64,000 nt of DNA from Octopus vulgaris (GCA_951406725.2 OX597817.1:89218001-89282000), one strand, 5' to 3'; counted from the first letter of the stretch, positions 42,121 through 55,249 are shown. Notes: a model not told the origin generated them from the letters alone. Translations and numbers: made by a program.

Positions 42121-42163
<43 letters not shown>

Positions 42164-43259
42164 CATACATGGGTGTGTATGTACACATACATATGTATGT
42201 GTGTGTGTATAAATCTGTGTCTTTGTGTCTGTGTTTACGTCCCCAAATCTTAGCTGTTCGGCAGAAGCAACATGAAACATAAGTGGCAGACTTAAAAGAT
42301 AAAAGTACAGGGGTTGCTTCGTTCGATTCAAATTTCCAGGTGATGCCCCAGCATGAGCACAGTCTAATGACTGAATCATTAAAAGATTAAAGATATACGT
42401 ACACACGTAGGTAAACACATACACACACACAAACACGCACACACAGACACAGACACACAGAGACAGACACAGACTCAGACACACACATACACACGTGAAA
42501 AAATCCCTCCACATATATTGTGTGATTATATGTGTCGTGAATGCATACATCCGTACGTATGTACTCTTTCGCACCTTCAGCCACCCACTACCGGTGACCT
42601 GTTTCCCACCACCAGTTTTATACCTGCCACACGTACTCGTCACCCTTAATCCACCCCGCCTACTCCAAGCCCTCCCACTCACCCCTGACCCAGCAGCCGG
42701 TTTTAGCTGTGAACGTATCTCGACGCCTACCTACGCTGGCTGCTCGAAATTCTTTCAAGCAGGTTATACGGTTCACGAATGAGATCACAGCCGGGTAGGC
42801 GGCGATTAACGTCGGGTACGGTAGCGGAGGTGGGGTGCGGGTAGATCTGGGTTGCAATAATCAGCTGGCAGCAGCTACTATTGCAACAATCTCGTATCCC
42901 CCTCCATCCCCTACCCATAATTCCACTCCACACCCATCATACCCATTTACCCAACCGGGTATAATACCCTTGTTGTCTATTGTAGTATTGTCCTGCGGAA
43001 AGACGGTGAGAAGGTGAGAAGGTGCACACTCTGTCACACCTCCCCTGCTATTAGCTATGCACTCCAATATTAAGTCGCTTGTGTATGTGTATGTGTGTGT
43101 GTGTGTGGGGGGGGTCAATATAAAAGTGAGTCGAAATGATTGTACAGGCGGAAGGTGTTCTCGGGTGTGTATACATAGATGACACGAGTACATTCTACCT
43201 AAGTATATATAACAAAAGCTTACATACGTTCCTCACAAGCACTGTACAAAACATAAAAG

Positions 43260-43850
43260 TGGTTTCAAATTTTGGCACAAGGCCAGCAATTTCGGCGAAG
43301 GTGATAAGTCGTTTACATCGAGTCTAATGTTCAACCGCTATTTATTTTATCGACCCCGAAAAGGATAAAAGGGAATGTCGACCTCAGCGGAATTTGAACT
43401 CAAGGACCTAAAGACGAACGGCAGAAACGTTAGCACGCCGGGCGAAATGCTTTGTGGTATTTCGTCCGCCGCTGCGTTCTGAGTTCAAATTCCGCCGAGG
43501 TCGACTTTGCCTTTCATCCTTTCGGGGTCGATAAATTAAGTACCAGTTACGCATTGGTGTCGATGTAATCGACTTAATCCGTTTGTCTGTCCTTGCTTCT
43601 CTTCTCTGTGTTTAGACCCTTGTGGGTAATAAAGAAATAGGTATTTTGCCCGGCATGCTAACAAGGCCCGAATTTCGGGGAAGGGCTCCAGTCGGTTAGA
43701 CCGACCCCAGTACACAACTGGTACTTAGTTTATCGACTCCGAAAGGATGAAAGGCAAAGTCAACCTCGGTAGAATTTGAACTAAGACAGACGAAATATCG
43801 TTAAGCATTTCGCCCAGCGTGCTAACGTTTCTGCACGCTCGCTGCCTTTA
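43260..43850. mobile_element. Cluster of nested SINE family B copies (a + copy at 43421-43640 inside - copies)
   Basis: Similar to 28413-28643 on both strands. Confidence 0.88.
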
Positions 43851-43900
43851 CACAAAACATAAGAATACGTAGGCGTAGACATACACAACCATATATCTCA

Positions 43901-43984
<84 letters not shown>

Positions 43985-44001
43985 GCTATCTATCTACCTA
44001 C

Positions 44002-44064
<63 letters not shown>

Positions 44065-45134
44065 ATCTATCTATCTAATCTATCTATATATATATGTCTG
44101 CCTGTGTGTCTGTCTGCCTGCCTGCCTGTCCTGTCTGTCTGTCTGTCTGTCTGTGTGTCTGCCTGCCTGCATGTCTATCTGTCTGTCTGTCTGTCTACAC
44201 ACGCATATGTACATACATCGAACTGTGTATGTACGTAGATTATCCTTATCCCGTCAGTTCGAAACAGGATCGTGTACGACTGCTACTGTATGAATTAAAG
44301 CTCCACATAGATTATCCTTATCTGCTCAGCTTCGGTTACTCGAGTATTCTACTTAGCAATGTTGTTTGATGTAACATACAGAACAAATGCGGTGGTAAAC
44401 TAATATAAATGCCTGTATAAATATTTAGTTCCTACATACGTTTCACTATTGCAATCATTTGAGTCTAATATCTCCGAAATAGAATGTAATAAAGTATTCC
44501 CCTGATGACCTGTTGCAGTTAGGCATCCACTGCTGAGCTCTAAATAACTGCAATGTTGAATCGCACACAGAAGCTAAATATTTATACTGTTGTTTATCTA
44601 AATTGTCTCCCGCCCCCTCTCTCTCTCCACACATACACACGTGTATGTATGTGTGTGTATATAATATAAATAATACTTACATATATACATATGCATATGT
44701 AGGCACAGGACGTCACAGACGTAAACAACATAAAATACGAAATACGAATACATGGAATATGAACTTTTTTTTTGCGAACAACGAAAGAAACAAATAGAAA
44801 ACAAGACAAGCAGCATAAAGAACGCCCCTTCATCAGCTGTCGGCTGTTTTTCTAATCTATATCAAGATTCAGTTGAATAAGGTACTTAATGGTAAGGTAC
44901 CGGGTTAGGTCAGAATAAATTGTATACACAGCAATTATAGACGAATACCAACATAGGTACAGAAGCACTGGCAGAAGGATATTCAGCTTATATATGCAAT
45001 TAATTGAACTCAACTGAGTATGTCATCAGCTCTTGAGCTATTCAGAAACGCACATTTTATTAAACATATGGTCCATAATATGCTTCGGAACATGCGAGGG
45101 GCAGGTTCCGGGAGAGGTAAATTATAAATAAATA

Positions 45135-45516
45135 AGTAACAACCGATGGATGTCAATTTATTACAGCCATTTCTAAAGAATTTTAAAATTGATCAATGGG
45201 TACATTATATTATTATGAAAAAAACAAAAACAAAACCTTTTTCACCAGATGAATACATGGATTTTACAATGAAGGACGTTTAGAAAATTTTTAAATTCAC
45301 GGCACATACATATTTGGCTGGTAAGCGTCGATCGTGGATTCACCAAATATGTATGTGCCGTGGATTTAAAAAATCTTTTAAATATCCTTGATTGTAAAAT
45401 TCTTGTATTCATCTGATGGAAACGGTTTTTTATAATGATATAATGCATTCATTGATCATTTAAATAATTCGTTAGAAACGGCTATAATGAATTGGCACCT
45501 ATCCTTCGTTGTTACT
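45135..45516. mobile_element. Fold-back/MITE-like element with ~180 bp imperfect arms
   Basis: AGTAACAA..CACGGCACATACATATTTGG pairs with CCAAATATGTATGTGCCGTG..TTGTTACT. Confidence 0.85.
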
Positions 45517-45714
45517 CCTATATATATATATATATAAATTATAATTTAGGGAATTTAAGAGATACCACCACGCTGAAATTAGCAGTCAAAACCTGACTTT
45601 AAATTATTACCTTTGAAGGTTTTAAATTAACGATCTTATCCTTATATATATATATATATATATAGATATATATATATATATGGGTGTGTGTGATTGTGTA
45701 TAGAAGAATATATT

Positions 45715-47770
45715 AATAAAAAGAATTCCAACCTTGTCTGATTTTCACGTTTTATTTACAATCTTATAATGATATATTATAAGATAATATATTATAATTG
45801 AATAAAATAAAATGAAATAGTAGAATGTTAAATATTCATTCTGATTGAACTAGTACTTTCATGCATTGAATTCTGCAATCTTCGGGTTCATGTAGTAGTG
45901 TTGACAGTCATGCTTCACAATTTTTGACTGTAGCAAGATGAGTGATTCTGTGCTATAAATACAGCTGGGTAGGCTCCAGAGTGCTAGGTTTTGCAAACTG
46001 TATTCTGACCAATCAGTGTGTAGTATCACTCAATTACTTAAGCTGATTGGTTGGTTGAGCTGATTGGTTTAGGCATCACGCTTTGTTGGACAGGTCAAGA
46101 GTCCTGTATCTTGACCCTGGCCGAAGCAGCAATTGTTGGGTTATTTTTAGAAATGTTGTAAATATCCTTTGTCAGAGATTTTTATATTTTTATATTTCAA
46201 TTGTCATCATCATCATTGTCAGCACCTTAATTATTGTTGCTAGTGGTGATGGTGGTGGCAATAGAACTTTTAACCCTAAATAAGACAATTTTCCTGCTAT
46301 CTTCGTCTTGATCACCTTTAGTATTGTTGTTGTTGTTAGTGGTCATGGTCGTAGCAGTGGAAGTAATACCTCTAAGTATTATTATTATTGCTTATTTAGC
46401 TTGGGTTCGAATTTATCAATAAAATTCTTTTCTCTGATTTTCCTCTCGATTTCACTTGGGCTGTGTAATTTGTAGAATGGAAATATTATATATATTTTCC
46501 GACCACATGTTGCTAGGTGGTTACTCAAAGGTATCTGACGGACCTCTGGGTCTCTAATCTGTTGCCGGTGTACACGTGAGCGTTCTAATAGTGCGTTTCC
46601 CGTCTGACCTACATATATTTCTTCACAATTTGGGCATTTGATGCAGTAAATTAAATTTCTGCTTTTGCAGTTCATATTCACATTTGTGAATATTTTCCCG
46701 GTTTTTGTGTTTATATATTGACCGGTATGTATGAATTGGCATGTGCCACATCGGCTATCATTGCATTTAGATACCGTGAATGTTTGGTCTTTGTTGCTGA
46801 GGTCAAATTTTGCCTTTGTTAGTAATGTTTTCAAGTTTTTAGGCTGTCTTTTACTAAGCACCATAGTTCGATCCTTGATTATGTCTTTTAATTCATTACT
46901 TTGGGCAATGATTGGAAGGTTTGCTTTGGCAATGTTGAAGATATTCTGGTGACATGGGTTGTGTGTCACTATGAATGGTATGACTTGTTCTTGTTTTCCT
47001 CTTCCTTGGGTTGTCCTAAGTTGTTGTATAGGTATTTTTATAGCCCGCTGTATGCCATTTTCTATAAGTAGAGATGGGTATTTTTGTTTGAGCAAAAATT
47101 CTCTTAGTTCTATTAGGCGTTTGTTCCTGATATTTGCATCTTCTACAATAGTACAAATTCTTCTGGCTAGGCAGTATGGGATGTTACGTTTTGTATGTGG
47201 TGGATGGCACGACTTAAAATTTTGGTATTGATGTGTGTCTGTGTGTTTATAGTATATATCTGTGGTGATGGTGGTGTCTTTTTTAATTACCATTATATCC
47301 AGGAATGGTAATTTGGTACTACTCATCTCCTTTGTAAATTTGAGAGATGGGTGTAGGTTGTTCAGGAGGATATTGAACTCTTCCAGAGTATTTAGAGATT
47401 CTGTCCAGATTATGAAACAGTCGTCTAGGTATCTCTTCCATGCCTTTTCAATATACTTTCTAAATCCAGTGCCATAGTTTACCTCCACCTCTTGGTAGAG
47501 TTGTTCTTCTAAGTATCCCATTACAGAGTTGGCGTAAACGGGAGCAAACCTCGTTCCCATCGCCGTGCCTCTAATTTGGATGTAATTCTTTCCATTGAAG
47601 AAGAATGTGTTATTTTCTAGAATAAGTTTGACTGTGTCTAATATAAATGGCACTGTGAATCTGCTGGGAATCACTTCTCTATGTTTTTCTAACCAGTATT
47701 TAATCGCCTTTATTCCTAAATCGTGTGGAATATTGGTGTAGAGAATATTGGTGTAGAGGAATATTGGTGT
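45715..47770 (-). mobile_element. Penelope-like element 4: uninterrupted 5'-truncated ORF (RT + GIY-YIG, 46385-47740) plus 3' UTR
   Basis: LYTNIPH..QIRGTAMGTRFAPVYAN..WKRYLDDCF..LPFLDI..SCHPPHTKRNIPY..NLIYCIKCPNCEEIYVGQTG..EKNFIDKFEPKLN, with no internal stops. Confidence 0.95.
45846..45890 (-). ncRNA. Minimal type I hammerhead ribozyme motif (PLE-associated)
   Basis: The minus strand reads TGAAC-CCGAAGA-T-TGCA(GAATTCAA)TGCA-T-GAA-AGTACT-A-GTTCA. Confidence 0.75.
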
Positions 47771-47783
47771 ATATATATATATA

Positions 47784-49070
47784 CAAGCAGAAAGACCCGG
47801 TTTCTCTCGGCTTATATACTCATAGCCTTAATACAGTACTCTTTGCTTGTAGTGTAAGATTAGTGTATTTCTCAGAAAGTAATACTTTTAACACTCAATG
47901 GTTTTACACGTCTGCACGTTACATGGACATATTATTCATGGCTATGGAGGACGGTGCATTGCAGGGAGTTTAACCTTTCCAGCACATCAGTACAGTCCAA
48001 CGTCTCTCCAGGTCACTTTTTTGCTTTACAGTGTATACCTTCATTTGTCATGCACCAGTGGTAACTTTAGTGTCATCTGCATAATTAACTGCTGGATCAT
48101 AGTTGAAAGCTGCTTCATAGAGGTTGCTTCTCCGAGCTGTGTAACTGCTCTTCTTTCTGCAGTGGAGATCCTATTCCTTGTCAGGCGTGCATACCTCTGT
48201 TCAGCACTTTTAGCTGCTCGGGCAGCACCAGTACGCAACTGTTTTCTTTGTTTTTTTTTTTGATGCACAACTCTACTCACATCATTCTCTGATGCTCTGG
48301 CTGCTGAAGTGCACAGTCTGTTTCTTTCTTGGCGTGCTTCCTTTTTTTTCAGCTAACCCTCTTTCCCTCGACAGAGACAGTCTTTTGCCTGACCTTGACA
48401 CTAGAGAAAAATTTGACACCTTTCTTCCAGCTAGTTATTTACAGATACATAAATACACCAGTATAGAAGATTGTAAACAATGAAAGTAGCTGTAATAATA
48501 TTTTTTGTACCAGAAATCGTTACAACGGTAAACGCTAGACAGAATGGTTGACGGAATGAAGAGAGAATGATAGAGTAAGAGATAGAAAGAGAGGCGGTAC
48601 GGAAGGATGTAGACAATGAAAGTAGCTGTAATAATTCTTTTGGTACCAAAAATCGTTACAACGGTAAACACTAGAGAAAATGGTTGACGGAATGAAGAGA
48701 GGATGATAGAGTAAGAGGTAGAAAGAGGGGAAGTACAGTGAGAAGTTATATAGGGAACGTGCCTCCCAGGTATTAAAAATAGATATTTGTAAAATCGAAA
48801 GAAGTTGAGTTATTCATAGAGTGAGGAAGGAAGAGAGGGAAGTGTATGTGTGCGTGTGTGTGAGAGAGAGAGAGAGTGTGTGTGTGAATAAGGAATAAGA
48901 GAGAGAGAGAGAGTGAAGAAGGAAGAAGAGTGAGACAGAGGGTGAAGAAGGAAGAGGAGTTGCTACGTCAGACATACATGTGTGCGTGTCTAGCTAGCCG
49001 TGGTTGCTACGTCAGTACTGGAAGTTGACAATGAAAATCCTTTTCAAAGAAGTTAATCTTATATAAAGCA
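47784..49070 (-). mobile_element. Internally deleted Helitron
   Basis: Frameshifted EAAFNYDPAVNYADD..MTNEGIHCKAKK*PGET..AGKVKLPAMHRPP matches the Helitron Rep N-terminal Zn-finger region. The 3' end CCGAGAGAAACCGG..CTTG|T resembles the hairpin + CTRR terminus. The 5' limit is approximate. Confidence 0.75.
48477..48736. repeat. ~135-bp tandem duplication (2 diverged copies)
   Basis: ACAATGAAAGTAGCTGTAATAAT..AATCGTTACAACGGTAAAC..TGGTTGACGGAATGAAGAGA occurs twice. Confidence 0.92.
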
Positions 49071-49224
49071 ATATTATTTATTTTTAATACAAAAATAAAT
49101 CAAGACCAGATTATTGTATCCCAGGTCAAATTATTCATGCACCCCAAGTATGGCACAAATTCGTGCAGCTGCTTCTGCGTGAAAAGAAAATAAACACAGG
49201 TCTATTTTATATATATATTATATA

Positions 49225-49301
<77 letters not shown>

Positions 49302-49329
49302 GTATATGTATATATATATATGTATATGT

Positions 49330-49368
<39 letters not shown>

Positions 49369-49369
<1 letters not shown>

Positions 49370-50641
49370 GGATTACTCAAAAGTATCCAGAAATGTACTA
49401 TGTGGGACATGCCCGTTGTGGTCCGGTAGTCCAAGCTTCCACTGCTGAACCCACTTGATACAATCCTCAGTCTACCAACCGGCGTCCACTGAAGTTGTGC
49501 TGCCATGTGGTGCGTCTTTCTTTTGGAGTGCTTCTCCTCTGTTCCTCGATTTTTGCGATGGCTGAAACGAAGGAACAGTTTGCTTCCGTGAAATTCTCTT
49601 ATCTGCTAGTGAAAACGTTGGCTGAAACAGTTGTTATGCTTCAAACGGTTTGAAAGGATGCAGCAATAAGCAAAACAAGTTTACGAGTGGTTTTCACGCT
49701 TTAGGGATGGTCACTTGTCGCTTGAAGACCAACCTCGCTCAGGACGACCGTCGACCTTCCGAACGAATGAAAACATCATACAAATTCATGAACTGATATT
49801 GGAGAACCGTCGCCGAACAATTGATGAACTTGATATGACTGGTGTGTTCTGGAGCTCCTGCCAACGAATTTTGAGCGAGGAATTGCCAATGAAAAGAGTT
49901 GCAGCAAAATTTGCTCATGGTTGATCAAAAGCAGCCACGACCGAATGCTTGTCGTGAACTGAAAGAACAGTTGGAAGATGATCCGAACCTTTTTTCCAAA
50001 GTCGTCACTGGTGACGAAAGTCGGTGCTACAGTTACGACCCGGAAGCGAAGTAGCAATCAAGTCAATGGAAGCATTCAACGCCACCGCACCCAACAAAAG
50101 CGCGGCAAGTGAAGTTCACCGATGCGAAAGGAATTGTTCACACAGAATTTGTTCCTTCTGGTCGAACTTTTAACAAGACATTTTACTTGGCAGTTCTGAA
50201 GCGTTTGCAAGACGCGGTGAGACGAAAATACTCCGACCTGTGGGAAAGTGGAGAGTGGTGGTTTCATCGCGACAATGCACCTGCGCACACCGCCTTGAGT
50301 GTGAGAAGTTTTTGTCAAAAATGGCATGACCTCGCTTCCTCACCCTCCTTATTCACTCGAGCTTGTTCCCTGACTTTTGTTTCTGTTCCCCCAAATGAAA
50401 AAAGTCCTTAAAGGAAAACGTTTTGCAGATGTGGAGGAACTGAAGAAAAAAACGATGGAGGGGTTAAAAGGTATCACTCTGCAAGAGTTCCAGGACTGCT
50501 TCGAACAGTAGAAAATGTGTCTGGACCAATACATTGTTTGAAATGGAGAATACTTTGTAGACGATAAAAGTGTAAACATGTAAAAGTAGGTGAATAAAAA
50601 ATAGTATTGCAAAATTCCGGTTTCTTTTGGTTATCTCCTCA
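49369..50641 (+). mobile_element. Full-length degenerate mariner DNA transposon
   Basis: About 1.27 kb. YEWFSRFRDG..LEDQPRSGRPST..MKRVAAKF..TGDES..YDPE..GIVHTEFVP..FHRDNAPAH..HPPYSLEL..GEYF. Decayed TIRs (CAAAAGTATCCAGAAAT / ATTCCGGTTTCTTTTGG) with TA flanks. Confidence 0.93.
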
Positions 50642-50687
50642 TAACACACACACAGATACGCACACACATACACACAAGGGAGTGGAG

Positions 50688-50891
50688 CAGGCTACAGGTT
50701 TCCTAACTAGCAAATCCTCGGAAGTAATAATTGTAATTGTATCTCAGGCAAGTTAACACGGGATTCCTTGACGACGATGTAACCTTCATCTAACAAAGGT
50801 ATCTTCGGCCTGATGAGTCGCTAGTGGAGTACTCCTCGTTGCGTAATTATTACTTCCGAAGATCTGCTAGCTAGGAAACATATGTAGCCTG
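50688..50891. mobile_element. MITE-like element with ~45 bp TIRs
   Basis: CAGGCTACA.GTTTCCTAACTAGCAAATCCTCGGAAGTAATAATT pairs with AATTATTACTTCCGAAGATCTGCTAGCTAGGAAAC..TGTAGCCTG. Confidence 0.8.
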
Positions 50892-51454
50892 GATTTTACC
50901 TGATCCACTCGCTTGATTTTGATTTTTATTCGCATTCGTAGCAACCCTAGTTGCTAACCGTGAACTATTGAACTTATCGATCAGCTTAACGAACTTCCAT
51001 ATGGGAAAAGCCGACAACCTTCTACGTCAATAAACTATTATTGTTCCTGAAAGTTTTTTTTTTATACCTACATATATATCTATATCTTTTATCTTTCTCT
51101 TGCGTCAGTCATTGGACTACGGCCACGCTGGGGCACCGCTCTGAGGGCTTGGTCGAACATGTCTTCTCTTTCTCACACCTCCTTTTTCTGCTTGTCTCTT
51201 CCTCTATCATTCTGGGAGAAATTCGCTTGTAGACAGATGACCTCCATCAGGTCATACATACCTATAACATGCCGTATGTCACGATTTTATCTCTATCACC
51301 CCTGAAAGAGCTGAGGGCCCATGGATAATCGCAGTTTTACGAAATCGATAAATGCAGAGAGAAGAAGTGAAGGAGATATAAACACATAAATACATACATG
51401 CATACATACATACATACATACATACATACATACATACATACATACATACATACA

Positions 51455-51484
<30 letters not shown>

Positions 51485-51485
<1 letters not shown>

Positions 51486-52700
51486 CCTTTAACAAGGTTT
51501 GCATAAATAAGGCTGATAACATCATGACTTGGAAAGCAGCTGCTTGAGCAACATTCCTTGTCTGATAACCTTAAATATATGCCTAAAGAAGTCGCACGAC
51601 TCTACCACAACATATCATCAGATGAAAAGATGAGCCTGAATGAGAAGACGACTATGCATGGATATGTTAGTAGAAAGTTCCGAGATGATAGTTACAATAA
51701 TCATCAAAGCAGTCTATCATAAACCAATAGCCGGATTACTACCTCGCACTTTGAAGGAAGGGTATGCTTTTGCGATCCAGGAACAGAAAATATCAACCAA
51801 ATATCTGATGCACAAAAGGGATAGAGATGTAGGAAAAGCAGTAAAATGTGACAAGCGATGCAGACTTTATGGAGTTAATACCGAAGACATCACCCAAATC
51901 ATAAGCATTTGTCCGAAAATGTCATCACGGTATTATCTACCGGTGAGACATGGTGTTGTAGCTAGGACACACGGTAATGAATTCTGTCGGAAGGATAATT
52001 ACGGAGACAAAGAAATAAGAACCCACAGAATGGTAGAAGCCATAGCCACTCATAATAAAAAGGAGTACTTGTGGAATGTCCCTGTGAAAACCACAATAAA
52101 ATGTAAGCAAAACAGACCTGATATAAGGATTTGGGATAGAGAAGAGAAACTGTGTACAGTTGTGGAAATTAGCTGCCCAGCAGATGTTAACATAAAGCTG
52201 AAGATCAGTGAAAAAGAGAATACCTACGCTGAACTATTGAGAAATCTGCAGTTACTCTATCCAGATTACAAGTTCAGGTTTATACCAGTAATTGTTGGGA
52301 ATCTGGTTTATGTAACACACAGCCTAAATACCAATCTTAAGAGATTACGCTTCTCTAAACCAAGAATGAGAAAGCTAATTCAAAGACTACAGATCCAGTC
52401 CATCACTGGAACTGTAAAAATCTGTAAAACATCTGTGCACATGTCTAGATATGCAACTATATACATGAGAATACAAACATAAAACAAAACATACAAATCT
52501 ACACACATACATACATACATACATACATACATACATACATACATACATACATACATACATACATACATACATACATACATACAAACAAAATGCGCTGTTG
52601 TTGATCTTGAAATTCCAATGGAGGAGCCTTGGATCTAAGTTAGAAACCGGCTCTTTCTCTATTGGCGAGCAATCTTGAAATAAAACTGAATAACGACATA
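51485..52700 (+). mobile_element. R4/Dong-like REL LINE 3' portion embedded in (TACA)n
   Basis: ORF 51640-52482 has EGYAFAIQEQ, CRLYG..EDITQIISICP, RHGVVA, NRPDIRIWD..VVEISCP and KENTY..IPVIVG. (TACA)n lies upstream, inside the 3' UTR and downstream. Confidence 0.9.
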
Positions 52701-52873
52701 CGTACATACACATACATTTATATATTCATACAGAAACACACACATATATATATATATATACGTATATGTATGTTTTTGTGTATGTATGTATGTATGTATG
52801 TATGTATGTATGTATGTATGTATGTATGTATGTATGTATGTATGTATGTATGTATGTATGTTTGTCTTTTATT

Positions 52874-53070
52874 TTTTACTTGTTTCACTCATTGGACTGC
52901 AGCCATGCTGGGGTACCTACTTGGAGGGCTTAGTCGAACAAATCGACCCCCAGTACTTTGTTTTAAGTCTGGTGCTTATTTTACCGTTTTCTTTTGCCGT
53001 ACCACTATGTTAGAGAGACGTAAATAAACCAATACCAGCTGTCAAGTGGTAGGAGACAAACGCAAAGGCA
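52874..53070 (-). mobile_element. SINE family A, degenerate 3' half
   Basis: TTTTACTTGTTTCACTCATTGGACTGCAGCCATGCTGGGG..TAGTCGAACAAATCGACCCC. Confidence 0.8.
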
Positions 53071-53199
53071 CATACACACACACACACACTCACATGCATG
53101 TGAGTGTGTGTGCGTGTGTATTTGCATATACTCGCATACGAGAGAAGAATGCGCCTAAATTCGTACGAAAGTGGAGTAAATCTATTCTGTAATGAAGTG

Positions 53200-53640
53200 A
53201 AAGATTATTCTTAGGAGACAAATGTAAGAAGCTCCAATGATGCACATGGTTTCAAAGAATGCTGGCGGAAAACTTCGTTGAAATGCAAAAATACACCCGA
53301 CATATTCGACATAATGGTCTGGCACAGAGAAAAGAAACAAAGCACAATAGTTGAAATCAGAGTCCCAGCAAATGCTAACATAATGTTAAAGATTATGATG
53401 AAAACATCAACGGTGAACAAATGAGAAATCTATAGTGACTCCGTTCGGACTATAACTTTAGATTTCTAGCAATAATTATTAGAGTGCTTTACACATGATA
53501 AACTGCCTCAGTACTAATGTTTGAAAGCTAGGGTTCATACAACCAGACAAGACACGCCTCGTCAGAATAATACCGCTACAAACTAGGAAAGATGCTGTGA
53601 AAATATGTAAAATTTTAAGAAATTCAACATGTAATAGGAC
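53200..53640 (+). mobile_element. Older REL LINE endonuclease fragment
   Basis: KCKNTPDI..MVWHREKKQSTIVEIRVPANANIMLK parallels 52100-52200. Confidence 0.7.
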
Positions 53641-54149
53641 TCACGTGGCATCCATGCCTGCACATATGTGTATATTGACATAGGTGTATGACTACATACG
53701 TACATGTATTCATGTGTACACACATGCATATATATATGCAAGAATATTTGTATACATACATGGATGCATACGTACGTACCTATACGAACGATGGCTGCAA
53801 CTCGATTCCGAGCTATGTCGTTGCTTAATTATTTTCTTACAGCGGTTCGGATGGTGGCTTTTATCACTCCTTCGAGGGACCTACACTCTTTTGCACAGAC
53901 GTCGCAACGATGGGCGCTTCTTGCAATAGGTGTTCAGAGAGTTACACTCACACAGATACATGTCTTCATTCCTTCATGGAGTTTTCCATTGAGCATTTGT
54001 TGTTCTCGACTGAGGCCAACCAGAAAATGCAGTACGTAACAGAGATGTTAAAAATCAAGCTGTGCCTGAAGCTTTTAAAGTGAAAAAAGGCTTTGTACAA
54101 GACCAATGCCACTTTCTAAACAACGTATGCACTTGCCTCCCCCAAAAGA

Positions 54150-54380
54150 ACATACATACATACATACATACATACATACATACATACATACATACATACA
54201 AACATACATACAAACATACATACATGCATACATACATTCATGCATACATACATACATACATATATACATACATACATACATACATACATGCATACATACA
54301 TATATACATGCATACATACATACATACATACATACAAACATACATACAAACATACATACATGCATGCATACATACATACA

Positions 54381-54414
<34 letters not shown>

Positions 54415-54630
54415 CATACATACATACATATATACATACATACATACATGCATACATACATACATACATACATACATACATACATACATACATACATGCA
54501 TACATGCATACATACATACATACATACATACAAGGCTACCCTGTCGATGTTCTCTAAATTCCAATGAAAGAGTTTTGTTAGAAATCGGCTCTTCCTTTAT
54601 TGGTGAGAAATTAAAAAAATAAAACCAGTA
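54150..54630 (+). repeat. Long (TACA)n tract followed by a degenerate REL-LINE 3' UTR (54535-54630)
   Basis: AAATTCCAATGAAAGAG..GTTAGAAATCGGCTCTT matches 52610-52655. Confidence 0.8.
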
Positions 54631-55205
54631 AAGCAAACACACACACACGCACGCATGCACGCGCACACACACGCACACACACACGCACGCATGCACGCGC
54701 GCACACACACATACACGCACGCACACACGCACGAACGCCCAAACATACATACACACACATACACACATTGTGTGTATGCTTTAGATACATAAAAAAAAAA
54801 GAATTCAGCATTTCAGTTGACATACATTGCTGATGTTTTTTGTTTAGTCTATTAAATGATTCGTTCATAATGAATGAATTGGAGACAGTCAAAACGTCAA
54901 ATACAAAGCGGTATGACCGTGGAAGCCATATTGGTTTTAAAACTCCAAAACGAATAAAGAAGAGTGTCACTGTTTTAGAATTAAAAAAAAAAAACGAACA
55001 AAAAAAAACCAAAAAAATCAACAACAAAAATAAACTCTCTTGTAATTAAATTTGCTGAAATCATAGACATGGCTGTTTTGTTAATTGTACATAATTACAT
55101 ATATTTATGCACGTACACATATACACATATGGATATTTACACATACACGTATATGTATAGATGTGCATGTATATAATGTATATATATATATGTATATATA
55201 CATTC

Positions 55206-55249
<44 letters not shown>

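Noticed and set aside
46385-47674. Host gene or telomerase-like RT
   Set aside because: RT followed by GIY-YIG, truncated at motif A, identifies a Penelope-like retroelement.
50806-50880. CTGATGAG as a hammerhead core
   Set aside because: No correctly placed stem II-GAAA-stem III follows; the region is explained by MITE TIRs.
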